Shown piece by piece: positions 1 through 12,500 of a stretch of 64,000 nucleotides of DNA. The stretch covers positions 23,002,001 through 23,066,000 of the forward strand of contig OX442314.1 in assembly GCA_949358305.1 (NCBI GenBank), in the 5' to 3' direction. The first letter of the stretch is position 1, and each line of letters starts with the position of its first letter. Under the pieces are notes generated by a model that did not search any database, was not told where the DNA came from, and saw only the letters and a program-made list of their open reading frames with translations. A program made the position numbers and the translations under genes. Source of the stretch: Strigamia acuminata (Eukaryota).

Positions 1-1275
1 AACAAAGAAAGTTTTCTCATGCATGATTTCCAGTTCTTACGGTCATTGATTTGAATGAAATATTTGAATATCGTTGGTTCAGTCCCGTTCTTAGGATATT
101 TTGTGAACAATGGGTACAAATGTGCCTGCGTTGGTTCGATGAGTTAATTTTACCTCTTTGATTCTATAAATGGAATGTCATTTGAGTTCAAATGTGCAAT
201 GCGACTAAAAATACAGTACGTGGAGCTTAAAATGTCAATTGCAGGAACTTTATATTCAGCAAAATATAAACAATAATATTTTGTTTGTGGCGCGACGCAT
301 AATTAGGCTGTTGCGTCAATAGTTTTAAATTTCTAGGCTTAAGGTTTTAATTCAGCCGATCCTTGATTAAACGTGACAGACTCAGATTGAAAAATTTTAA
401 ATAATATGAAATTTTATCTGTGCATGTGATGAGGCGTATTTTACTACATATTTTATTACCAGGACATCGAATACTCACTTAGAGCAGTCATTGTATAATT
501 GTATTGAACATTTGACAAAGTGTTTACAATGATGGATGGTGTACGTACGTAACTATGGAATACAACGGTTGTCATATCCACAATGTAAAACATTTAACCC
601 TATTTATTAATAACAGGTTGCTTTAGTTTCTCTTATTTAACTCTGTACTATTCTCAACACAATTCAGTTTTAATTATCCACCACTTCGGTTGAAATCAAT
701 TGTTTTATCCGTATAAATTTGAATTACCGTTGATGCAAAATTGATTATTTCACTCAACCAGTAAGTTACCAATCTAAGAGGAAGATAATTGAAAAATGAT
801 TCATTTAATGTCAAATTACACTGATTATAAACAGTTTTTACGGGCTTGATACATATTGACAGATCGCGTATCCTATCGCTTTCCGGGATCAGTGGAACTA
901 GAATATATGTTGTAAACTATAAAGCTGCCAGATGACAAAATTTTCCATAAATCATCTTTTCTCCAATGGGGTGGATATTATACAGAATAAATTTACAAAG
1001 CATCATGAGTGCCTTCATTGAACATGTGGCAGAAGGCTCTTGTGTAGAACCCGACCTGGAACGAGCATTGCATAATTTATGGCTTTTTACTTGATGTTGT
1101 TGTGTGTTTTCAGGTTATGAGCCATTAGTATTAGTTTTTGTACTCCTACACGAAGCTTCTATCAAGGAAAACTTTCAGACAAAAATTGATTTTTCTTGTC
1201 TTCTGAATGTGATAATAAATTAAAGTGAGATAAATATTCGAAATTATTTTGGGATTTTGTAAACCTTATTATAAA

Positions 1276-1461
1276 CACTCAAAAAATTTATAGTTGGTTC
1301 AACAGACGACTAAAAATTTAGTAGAATTAGCTAACTCTTTTTGTTTCCTTTACTAAATTTAGTTGAGGCAACAAAATCCTTAAGTTGTCTTTAACTAAAT
1401 GTTTAGTTGTCTTTCAGCCAACCATACATTAAGTTAAAGCAACAGAACTGTTTTTTGAGTG
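1276..1461. mobile_element. MITE, CACT-ended (EnSpm/CMC-like)
   Basis: 11-bp terminal inverted repeats (TIRs) CACTCAAAAAA / TTTTTTGAGTG, AA on both sides, and internal reiterated TAGTTG / CAAC / AACTA motifs. Confidence 0.6.
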
Positions 1462-1627
1462 AAGATTCATTCATGCTTAAAATGTCATGCACATGTCCAC
1501 TGTGACTGAAAACAGACTATGTTTCTGATAGAGCACTCGCGCTTTATTGAATTCAATCGGTTTGGTCATTTTAAACATTTATTTTAGCCTTCCTGATGAA
1601 TTAAGACATTTCTTTTGGTCATTTTCT

Positions 1628-1698
1628 TCAATTTAGATATTGAGTTTAGTCGTTTTGTTCAATTTAGATATTGAGTTCAGTCGTTTTGATCAATTTAG
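1628..1698. repeat. 31-bp tandem repeat, about 2.3 copies
   Basis: Unit TCAATTTAGATATTGAGTTTAGTCGTTTTGT. Confidence 0.85.
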
Positions 1699-4600
1699 GC
1701 CCACGTTGTGTAAAAGATACCGCATTCAATTAGCATTCTGAGGTCAATGAGAGCGTTTACGGTAAGCGATTGGTAAGTTGATTAAGTTTTTACCTCATAA
1801 TTTGCTAAAGTAAACTTCTTTATTTTGATTAACTTTGAGCAAGGAGTTGGGTCATTTTTTTTAAAAAAATTTTATCTACAGCAAAAATGGATGCCATTTA
1901 TTTTTCAAATGTGCACAAGCATTCGCAGTAGTAATAATAATATTTTATTTAATAAAATTCACTTATTGAAATTATTTTTAAATGATTTAGGCGAACTTTA
2001 AATACACACAGTGGGACCTACTACAGAGTATTGATGTGTGCGGTTTGAGTAATTTCTTTTCCGGTAATTGTTTATGTTGAAATTCCATTTGCTTTTCCAA
2101 AGTTTGCATTGTTTACTTAAAACAACTACTGTGTTCTCGCCCTCCCACTCTTTTGACACAAGTAACTTAATGCATTAGTCATCCGCCAACAAACATGTTA
2201 AAATGAATAAGTGAGCACACACAACTTGCGCACTTTTTCCACCCACTAAGAACGAGGGACTCTCAAACCAGAGCCACTTTACTCGAGACCTGAGGCGAAG
2301 AAATGTGCGAGGGTGGAGAGAAGAATCTATTGGAACGCGATGCACGTGCGCGTTTGCTCAGCAGGTGACACGCGAGTGTTTTGCAGACGGTTACTATAGC
2401 GAGGGGAATCCAGGCGAAACGAAGCGTTGCATAAAGGAGACAAATGATGCCTCATGTTTTTTAGTAGCCAAAGGCTTTTTCGGTGTGGTTCCTAAACGAT
2501 AGTGCTTTCCTTTTATTGGGTTTGTGCAGCGTTTGATTAATTGGAATGATTGTTCTTCTTTAAATTCCAACTTTTTCTTCGCTTTCCTTTGAGGAAGTGT
2601 TGGAAAGCTTTGAGTTAGGAATGCATTCATTAATCAAAGGTTAGTGAGTTAAACTCAAAACTAACTAAAGAAATGGGTGTTTTGCTGGATTGATTCAATA
2701 TTCAGAGAAGTTAAAATAGAAATTAATTACAAAAATACAAAAAAATTGTTTTTGCAATTATTATTATTATTTTTTTTAATTTATACAATCCAATTTATTT
2801 TTGTGAAGTTGGTATTTTTAGGGTGTGTTTGATGAATTCTCCGTATAGTAACACGGCCATGCAAAGTGGGCAATTTCACTGTTGCTCACTTTACATTCTC
2901 CACAGACGAAATCCGAATACCTTTCCTCGCTCTATGCAAAAATTGGCGTCATTTTTCTTTGCTTGGAATCATAAACAGTGCAATTTGAGCTATTATCGAG
3001 CGATTTGCGACCCGTGATAAAACAGCTCTAAAATTGTGCGAATGACACAACAGAAGCACCAAGTTGAAACGTGAACACGCCACGAACTGTGAAATGTGCG
3101 AACGAATTAACTTGTTTGGAAAATTGGAATATTTTTATGATTGGTTTATTTCGCTAATTTGCTGGGAAAACAGCCGACATTTGTGGAAACTATTGGAGGC
3201 GCACTGCAGTGTGCAATCAGGTTTATGAACCTAATTGTGTTTGACCGATAGGTGTTAATAGGACGAGCAGAATGTAATTACGATCGAGTAATTTCCACTG
3301 CAAGTAGCAATCTTTTGCTATTTTAGCAGCTTGCTTGCCATGGGCTTGCCGGCATAACTTCATTGATCGGCTGTGAAGTGTACCAGTGGATTTCTAGGCG
3401 GAGCTTTTTGTGTTTATACAAACTTAGCTTAAGCCCATCGTCTATGATCCTCTGGATTTATTTCCAATTTCTTGTAGTCTGATAACAACGAGCTCGATTT
3501 CTCCTATGCTGATAATTACTTGAGTATTAACTACGGGCAATTACTGAACATTTATTGCTTACTTAAGTCTGGTGTTGTGTTGTATGGATCTACTTAATGC
3601 TTGTAAATTCGAAAAAAAAATGGAAAAAGAGATGGTTGTAGGTTGTATGGATTTTTGTCTTTTTATAGTCACGTGCTCACATTTTCTTTCTTTTATCTTC
3701 GTTTATTTACTTTTTCGGTTCGACTTTTTTGTATATAGCATCTCGAAGTGTCAATTTGGTGACATCCATTGTTTAATTAGTTTTGTAATGGTTTTCTTTT
3801 CTCTCATTAACGGTTTCAAAGTGGATGTTTTTTTTTTGTTTTTTTTAATTGGTTTATTGATTTATATTTTATAAATTTATAAATATTTTGCTTCGAAATC
3901 AGAAATCAGAATTTGTTTGTGAAACTTCATACATTTTGAAGGTTTAACGGTAAATATGACTGAGATAACATCGCGTAACCAGGTGAAAAGCACAGCTGGG
4001 AAAATGCCATGGAAAGAGTAAGCTACCACATTGAAATGTCAAATCAATCAAATACAGTATAGCACTTATCCTTTTTTCTTTTTTAAAAATAAACTAAAAA
4101 TAAAATGTAATATTTTCTATTTTTTTCTTCTGGAGTTAATGATTAGTTATTTGAACTTTGGAAAAAATAAAAAATTTAATGCGATTTCAATGCAATAAAT
4201 TGTAATTACAGATTACAGCATTAGGCGAAGTGAAAAGATTAAAATTTATATCTTATTGTGGTATTTTCTACCGTACTCTTTCGATGATTGCTAGTGACAG
4301 ATGATGGAAGCTGCACAATATCCAATTGGTTTCAGTTTTGAAGAAGAAAAAAAAAGAGGGAAATTGTGCCTGTTTAGATTGTACGCAGCCTTCAAGACAA
4401 CCGGCTAAATGAAAAGATACTTTTCGAAGCCTTGTTGTTTTCTTCTCTCTCCGAATATATTTGATTATTTTTTCATTTCCAAAATTTGATTTTAATGCGT
4501 TTTTCTATATTTTTCTATCGTTTTTGTTTTAAATTCAATTTCACGTCGTGAAACTCAGCCCAAAACGAACAACTACTGATAAAATAAAACTGCTGAATAA

Positions 4601-5453
4601 TTAAAATAAATGAATGCAGATTTCCTTCTTTTCATTATTACGTAAATGATATTTTTCAGTTGTTTGTGGTTTTTTTTGTTACCTCTAATTCGTTAAGCGA
4701 GAAATTAAGTTATGGGAACGGATGGTGTGCGAAAGAAAGCACAGAATGTGTGCAAGCAGATCTGACAGTGCGCAAGCATGGGAATATCTATAGCTTAGAT
4801 CAAACCGAGATAATTTGTAATTGATACGTCGCCGTTGATAAACGAGAATTAAATGGAATTCAATCAGTGAATTCATTTTAATTTTATCCAGTTTTATTTT
4901 GGGTAAATTTTGAATAAAAAAGTAGTGGAAATCTTTCTCTCATCCAATTTTTTTTCACGTCAGAATTCGATTTATCGCCCATGGGCGTTAATACCAAACT
5001 TTTACGGTTACATTTACTATTTAGAGTACAATTTTCATTGAATTCTTCTTAAAGTCAACAATAAAGTGATCAATATGAATGTGCGTGTGTGGAGCCCACC
5101 AATGGGATGCTTGAGTGGTCAGGGGTCAGTTATGGAAACGCACGGCTTTGTAGGATCGGGCAGCGAGGGGGAAGTCTAACAGCCCAGAACTTGTTGATCA
5201 GTAGCTCTGAGGTCAGTTGCAAGTTTAGAGCCGTGCTGGGGTGAAACGGATCGTTAATTATCAACAAGCACACCATAAGCTCATACCGGTAGTTGTGTGA
5301 AAGTGAGCCGTAGAAAGAAAACTCCTCTCTCATTCAAGAGCGGAAAAATCGAAGTTGCTCTCTATGACGACAGTTTCCGTCGAAAAGTAAATAAAAATAC
5401 AAATTTGGCAAGCGCGGATCGACGTGCGCACAAAGTGACCCGCGACCTCTTAC

Positions 5454-5684
5454 CTTGGTGTTGTTGTAATAAATTCCCAGGTGGTGATTGGTGAGGATTT
5501 TGGGGTCGTCGTTGATGTGTTGGAGGGCCAGTTCGACGGCCGGCAGTACACCGAGTCCTATTCCTTGCGGGTGACCGAACGGAAAGAATCCCGCGATGTA
5601 CACCTCCATTTTGGGTATTGCTGTCGCCACCGTGAGGACCCAGGAGCAGACGAGGAGCCCCGAGAGGGCACACGTCAGTCTCAT
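5454..5684 (-). CDS. GABBR2: GABA-B receptor subunit 2-like, copy A, first coding exon (signal peptide plus start of Venus flytrap domain, 77 aa). The rest of the gene lies left of the window.
   Basis: Translation MRLTCALSGLLVCSWVLTVATAIPKMEVYIAGFFPFGHPQGIGLGVLPAVELALQHINDDPKILTNHHLGIYYNNTK resembles the arthropod GABA-B-R2 N-terminus (recalled DVYIAGFFP...GRGVMPSVKLAL.HVNE...NDT). It has a hydrophobic signal peptide, an in-frame TAG 9 nt upstream of the ATG, and a phase-0 donor AAG|GTAAGA at 5454/5453. Confidence 0.85.
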
Positions 5685-8276
5685 GACACTCTAGGCCACC
5701 GGTCGCCGGCAGAGGGCGCGATTAGAGGCGGCCAGTTGCCGCCTCGATGGTCGGCAGCCAGATGCCGCCATCCGGGCACGAGCTGGGCTGGGGGTCTCCA
5801 CGAGCGTCGAACGCCGACTGCAGAGGGCGCGCGTTGGCAAGATGGTATTGATCGGGGAGGCTTCCGGTTGCGCGTCCCACTAGAGGGTGTTGGAGGCGTG
5901 TGATTTCTTTCGGCTGGGGGATGGGAGTGGTGAGGAAAGGGTGTGAAGGACGTGGACACGATTTGGTACGGAATGGGCTTGGGAATGATTGCGCATTCCA
6001 GTTAATTTGGAATGTTTAAAATGCATAATTAATTATTTGATATGGTCATTTCATTTATCGTGTTCTGGTTTATAGAATTTTGGATTATTGGAATTAAGTT
6101 AATGGTGCGATATCATAAAGCTGAAGCGGCTTTGCCAGTTTTCTGGGTGCCGTCTTGAATAGATAAGCGAGTGTGCAAATTATAATAAGAATTATGGGTT
6201 AACCAAGCTGTACAAAAGGAATTTTTTTTATCCCCCATTGGTTTAACATTGTAGATGAGGGCTAAAGTCCTTATTGGTGGGCATTGGGGGACTGACGACT
6301 ATGGGATGTTGAACTAAGAGCATTAAAGCTTATGATGATGTATTTTTCTTGGGGTTTAAGGATTTAAGTGGTGTCATTTTACAGAGAAAAAGTTTCCCAC
6401 TTGGCGAGAGACACCAATTATAATTATCAGGTAGCGATGCAATTTTTAGTTGGATATTAGTGGAGTGTTTGTCCACTCCATACGTATTGTATTGTTTGTA
6501 TTGATCTATATTCTTGCGTTTAATATGCAATATACAAATTATAGGGCTTTTGCTGTGTTTTGCTTCACTGCATGTTCCACTCCTGTTAATTTATGACGCT
6601 GTTTCCACGGCTGTAGTTTAGTTAGCATAAATAAAGTCAGTAATGTTGCATTGCTTTGGTTAATAATCGTCTTCTAATAATAGCTGCAGTTTTTATTCGG
6701 GACCGACAAAAATTCCAGGCTATTAGTCAATGAATTTTAACATTTTTAACGTTAAACAAACGTAACGAACGAAAAACGGCCCTTAATTTAAGAAATACGG
6801 TATTCAAGCGTCCAACATGGCTGCATGTTTATTCCTCCTTTTTGCGCTAACACAACAATTAGTTGTGGGTTTTTGTGTTGATCGTTTGACTTATTGACGG
6901 TCGCTTGATTTATTCGCATTTGTTTGCGAAAAAAGCGATTCAAATGCGAGTTTGACGGACGGGTGACGTCTGATCGAATTGACCGTCAGGTCAAATTGGA
7001 TCTGTTGGGAGGAGTAGCTGCAGGGGGCATGATGTCGATGCGGTTTAAGAGTCTGTGTTTGTCACCAGACTGAGCCACCGAACTCTCGCGACTTGGCTCT
7101 GCATACACCGGAATGTGTCCAAAGGCGGTGAGAATCCACTGTCTTATTGATCCGTGACCTCCTTCTCACAACTCTGCCCCTACAGTCTCTTTCTCAATCT
7201 AAGAGGACCTCCTCTCGCACTTGTACACACTTCTTTTCCACCTCCCTTTACTTTACTTTCTCTTTTCGACCGTCGACCTCTTGTTCGGGTGAAACGAAAA
7301 CAAACATTTACTTGTGTTAAGTTTCGTTCAAATTTCACGCTGTTGGGAATTGAATTTTTGTGCACACTTGTCATCGTTTTCATGCCCTCCATTTCTTTGA
7401 ATGCATGCAGGTGATTTGCATGTTAAGGTAAGACGACAGATGGTTCGCCCCTCTAGCTTCGAAGACCCATTTCTTCTCGGTCACGTGATCAAACGCATTG
7501 ATTTACTATTACTGAGGAATGCACGTGCGCACCCCGTTAAGGCAACACGGCGAGTTTGCACACGCTCTTTTCAACCTCTTTTTTTCCTGAATTAATGCTC
7601 CCATATGACTATCTAGTTTTTTTTTTTTCTTTTTCTTTTTATGCTTTTTTTTTCATTTCCCCTCGATATTGGATCAAAAGTGCATCGTGGGAAATGATGC
7701 CGGTGTCCCACGGTTGCTGTGATTTCATGGTTTGCTTTGCTGGGTATGCTCGATAGCCCCACACTTTTGCTCTCTCTCATCCGGTTGCCATGGCAATAGA
7801 CTATGACGTGGTGTGCATGGGTAATTAGTTTTCGCGGTGCTATCTTAGGTGATTGAATAATTTAAGCTGCCAACAAACCCGTGTTCCAGCATTTCGGGAT
7901 ATATTTTAATAATGTTGAGTTTGTCTTTGGTAATTGAATGTAGTAATGGCACTTGATGCTTGACGGTGGCAATTGATTGCTGGTAAATTTGAACAAGAGT
8001 TTGGGAACAAATTTGTTAATAATAATAATAATAATAAAAATAAAATTTTGTTTTAATAAAAATATATTTGAACTTGTTGGAAACTTGACTGAATTCGCAT
8101 CCATATGCAATACAGCTGACAAAGGCAAAAACAAACTGCATATTGGGAATCGAACTGCAACTGCGGACGCTGTTTGCTGGCAGGTGCAGTTATCACCGTG
8201 CTAGCTAGGACTTATCAACTAAATCACAGCAAACAAAGGAAGAAAAGTTTAGAAAATGAACAAACTTTTTTCACTA

Positions 8277-8413
8277 GGCGCACACAAACGCAGGTTTAAT
8301 TTGCAGATAAATTGGTTTCGTTGTTTAATCAATTGGCCGCCATTTTTTAAGACAAACGGTTAAAATATGTTGTTTAAAATGCTGTTTAGTCTAAATTAGT
8401 TTATCAGTGCGCT
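8277..8413. mobile_element. TA-flanked GGCGCA...TGCGCC MITE, diverged copy
   Basis: Shares termini and internal GGCCGCCATTTTTT...GACAA...AAATATGTTGTTTA...GTCTAAAT with the copy at 45033. Confidence 0.65.
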
Positions 8414-9445
8414 TACTGAAACGTTTTTCTTGTGTTAGAGTAATAGACAGCTTACTTTGATTGAGGTTGGTGCTTCCTTCAGGTAAACATAGATCCTGTG
8501 GTTTGATTGCTGGTCTTAGCCTAAGACCGGCAATCAAACTATTTCTTAGGTTTCTTTCGATTGTGGCTTTTTGATGTGATGTGGTATGTAGGATATGTTC
8601 TGTTAAGCTTTTACTTGTAAATAATTTGTATTTTCTTTTGTTTGTGATGAACTAATTAGAAATTTACAAAAAACTTACACTTTGATGGGAAATATTATTT
8701 TTATCTGAAAACATGGTATTATAGCATTTTTGGCTCACTCAAGTGTTTCAGACCTCTAACATTTGCAGAAGTCTGGCTGGGGTAAATATTTGAATTTCTG
8801 TAGCAAATTAATTATTCATTTCCTCACTGGTGGGCTACGTCTTCGTCTTGCCGACATGTGACATAAAAATTTAATGCCCATTCGCTGTATAGTCTCTTTA
8901 AACATGATTGGAAAAGTGTCTAAATTCATCTATATTGCTTCAAAGGCAAAAATGATATCATCATCATTAAAAGAGAGAAAACTTGTCCATTCGTTTGTCG
9001 AGCAATGATTAGGGACCAAATGAATTACTAAAACTGATTTCAATCCCAAAACAAGTAAAGGTTCTGTACAAAAGTGAAAAAAATGTATTCGTTGTAACAT
9101 AAGCCTGATGTAGAACAAAAACAAGTGACAATCAAACCAATCGATTTGGCAACAAAGACCAAACTGAAGAGTTGTACAAATGTTAAGAGAACCAAAAAAT
9201 AATAATTTTTTTTGCCATTTATTTGTCTTTACTCAACACTCAAATTGTCAAGTTTGTTGTTCTAAAAGTTAAATAATTATTGCTAATTGTTTCAGAATTT
9301 CATGGAAGGTGAATAATTTTTTTAAAACAATGTAGCTGTATACAGTGGGCATATTCGAAAAGGCATGTGTAACTTGCAGTTAAATGTTACGCGCATTCCC
9401 ACTGTGATTTAAACAGACTACATCAGCCACCATAACTTAAGTTTA

Positions 9446-9553
9446 AGGCCCGGGTAAATGCATAAATGCATAGGAATTATTTTTATTCAATAAAAAGCCG
9501 AAATTGGTTATAAATGCATATTTTCCGAAAATCAGAAATACTGTAAATGCATA
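9446..9553. repeat. Probable DNA-transposon end with reiterated AAATGCATA
   Basis: GGCCCGGGTAAATGCATAAATGCATA followed by two more AAATGCATA. No partner end found. Confidence 0.35.
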
Positions 9554-12500
9554 AATCGCTACTTTTCCAGGGAAAAAAACGGCGATTTTTGTCTTTTTTT
9601 TTAACAATATGTAACATGTACGTATCAATGTTTGCCTTTTTTTTTAAGAGTGTACAATCATATGTTTTCTCTTTTCAAAATAAGAACTTTTGATTTTATT
9701 AAACTTTCCTCTAATGCTAACATTCTCTTCTGTCGTGATAATATCAACCCCCTTCCTTCCAACTTCCTTTCCACTTCCCCCCAAGCATCTATGGCAAAAT
9801 ATCATGTCAAATTTTGTCATTATCAGAATATCTAGCAAGGATTTCCGGTGAAATTGTAAAAGCGCGAAAAGATTAACGAAGTGTGGACAAATGTCAACAG
9901 TCAAGTGTTGATTTTAAGTGTCAGGTGTAGAGAAAGTAAATGAAGTGCATAAAGTTAAAATATATATTTTTTTGGTCGGTTACACATTGCGGAGTGCACA
10001 ATGAGTGGACGACAGTGCAATATTGGTCAGCTGGTTGGCTGAGTCTGTTAATTAGTAGAGTAAATTAGCTAATGCCTAAATCTCTCTAGCTTAATATTGC
10101 TGTTAATGAAGTGGAGAAGGCAAGATGCAAGACATATATTTGCTTCCAAATGCACTATTTAGTAGGGAATTCGTGTGCTTTTTGTGTCTTTTTGCTTTTT
10201 TTTTTCTCGTTTGGACACCCCATTGACTCAACTGTGCCTGTTTTCCTTTTTTATTTTTTTTTTATTTCCGAGGGTTAAGTTGGGAAGATGTTGCTAAAAA
10301 TAGCAACTGACTTCTGATCAATAAAAGCCATGTGTAATGCAGAAATGTGCAGGCGGGTCTTAGTTCATTCTATATTTTCCATTCCTTATTCGGTTTTTAA
10401 GTTTGGAATACGAATTTGAAGAAATTCTAGAATGTTATTTTAAATTTAGTTTGTAAGTGAAATTAAATGAAAGATGAGAAAAGAGAAATTAGACACTTAG
10501 GTATTATTTTAATTGGAATTTGGATTAAAATTTTAATTTGAGGACAAAATTGAAATTTTTATTTTCATTAAATTTTTTAATGTGGTGAATTAAAATAATT
10601 ATTCTTGGGTTCAAATTGCCTTAAAAACGACCAATTCATAGTCATGCATCAACAGTTAACGTTCACTTAATGGTACGATTTCTTTTCTCCTATTTAAAAG
10701 ATACAAAAACGACATTACTGATAAGCACTGAAAAGAAATGTTGGTTTTCTATTTCAAGTGCACTTATATCTTTACCTAACGTTTTTAAAAAAAAAAATGA
10801 AAGAAAAGGTGAAAAATTCATGCAGAATGAGTTGAGCATCAAGGCACAAATGAAGGAATAAAGTGGAAAATTGCACACAAAAAAATGGCATTTAACTGTA
10901 CAACTTGTCATTTGTTGTAATCTCATTATCTCTCAATGAGAGTGCCATGATTGCATTCGCACTTGCCGCCATATTTTTAAAATAATTATTTTTTATAAAA
11001 ATATATTAGACGGAAGAAAGATTTCTTTCGATGGAATGCTGCTGCTGATGAATATTTAATTAAAGTTTTAAAATCTGTAAACAAAACCGCAGCTTAGGCT
11101 TAAAAGCTTGCATGTTTTGCGAGAGATTGTGCGTGCAATTATTGATGTGCGCGCACGAATTTTATGGTGAGTCGACTTAGAGATGTAAGAAATGAAGGTG
11201 ATGCGTTTTGGTAATTGAATTGACACTTCAATTTGTGAAATCAATTATAAAAATGATGAAACGAGATGAATGTTTACTCCTTTTATTTGCTTTCTTCGAG
11301 TGCTAAGAAGGTAAAATACGGGGTGTGCATTCCCATTCGTTTTTCGTGTTCCGGGTGATTGGATTAAATCTAAGCTTAATCAATCCTGATTCGTCGATTT
11401 CTTAATTGTTCTTAACTCGATAGTGAGAATCTCGATGGCTGAGAATACTTTGTGCGCGCCGTTTCTTGTGATTCTTCACACACGACCGCAAAATTTAGAC
11501 GGAAATCCTCTTGGTGCCAAAATGGATTCTCATGTGCCCGTGGGATTTGAAGTTGAAGTTGAACACGAAGTAAATAAAATTCTGGTTAAAACTTAATGAA
11601 CTCGAGTTGTTTCTGCGAGTGATTGGAGTCGGAGTTCTGCAAAATATCAAATTCGAACATCTCTCGATCACTGTTTTGGCCCTGCATCGTTTCTCACACG
11701 ATTGATGATCGATCGCGCACTTTTTTTCAGTTTGATTTGGATTCGCTGAAACCCACGAGTTAACCTAATCAGTAATACACAGAACGCCGGTCCTTATCGC
11801 CCCACATGGCGAAACCCATTAGCAAGACTACAAAAAAGACGAGAAAAACGTCGATATCGGTCACAACAATGTATTTTGCTTGAAACGAGTTTATAACACA
11901 TGTTTCAAGCTGCGGGGAGAGAGAATTTATCAAATTTATCAAGCTTGTGACAGACAGTTCAGTTTAGGACTGACGTGCGCCATGTTTGTTTCCGTTTTAA
12001 AGTTTTGGCTATTAGCGTTTTTATTCGTTTTAAAGTTTTTTTTATAGTCCTATATCAATATTATAGCAGGTGATGGGACTTTTCGAATAAAAATCTCGTA
12101 AATGTTGTGAAAAGGATTTTTATGGTTGTGTACTCGGAAATAAATAAATAAATAAAAAGACACGTAAAAGGGAACGAATATTAAACGAAATGGTCTAGCA
12201 AATTTAATTTTCTACTGCTTTAATAGATTAGTTTTCTAGTTGATTAAGCAAACCCATACAAATCAAAAATTTCCTCTTGCATTTTTTTTTAATAAGATGT
12301 TGAAAGGATCATTCAAAGCGCAACAGAAAGAAAGTTCAACTTTTCGAGTTTTTGACATTATTTTTTCTGGAGAATTTCAGGTTTCTTGTTTGATCACTCA
12401 CAATGGAGTTAAAGAAATGAAAAAGAAGAATAACTATTTTTTTTAGACATTTATTTCGCAATATTCCTTCATAGGTGAAACAAAAATCAATTCTAGAAAG

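Noticed and set aside
3572..3874. Hydrophobic F/L/I-rich ORFs here and throughout the window
   Set aside because: Typical by-products of T-rich intronic DNA.
5334..5453. C-terminal part of ORF 5334..5684 (VRGRGSL...) and likewise 43749-43769
   Set aside because: Read-through into the intron past canonical GT donors; homology stops at TK.
1..5453. Exon 2 of copy A
   Set aside because: No CDxxxG-like exon found by eye on the minus strand; presumably outside the window.
5481..5959. ORFs 5481..5903 (+), 5362..5673 (-) and 5681..5959 (-)
   Set aside because: Alternative or antisense frames of a GC-rich exon and leader; no recognisable protein.
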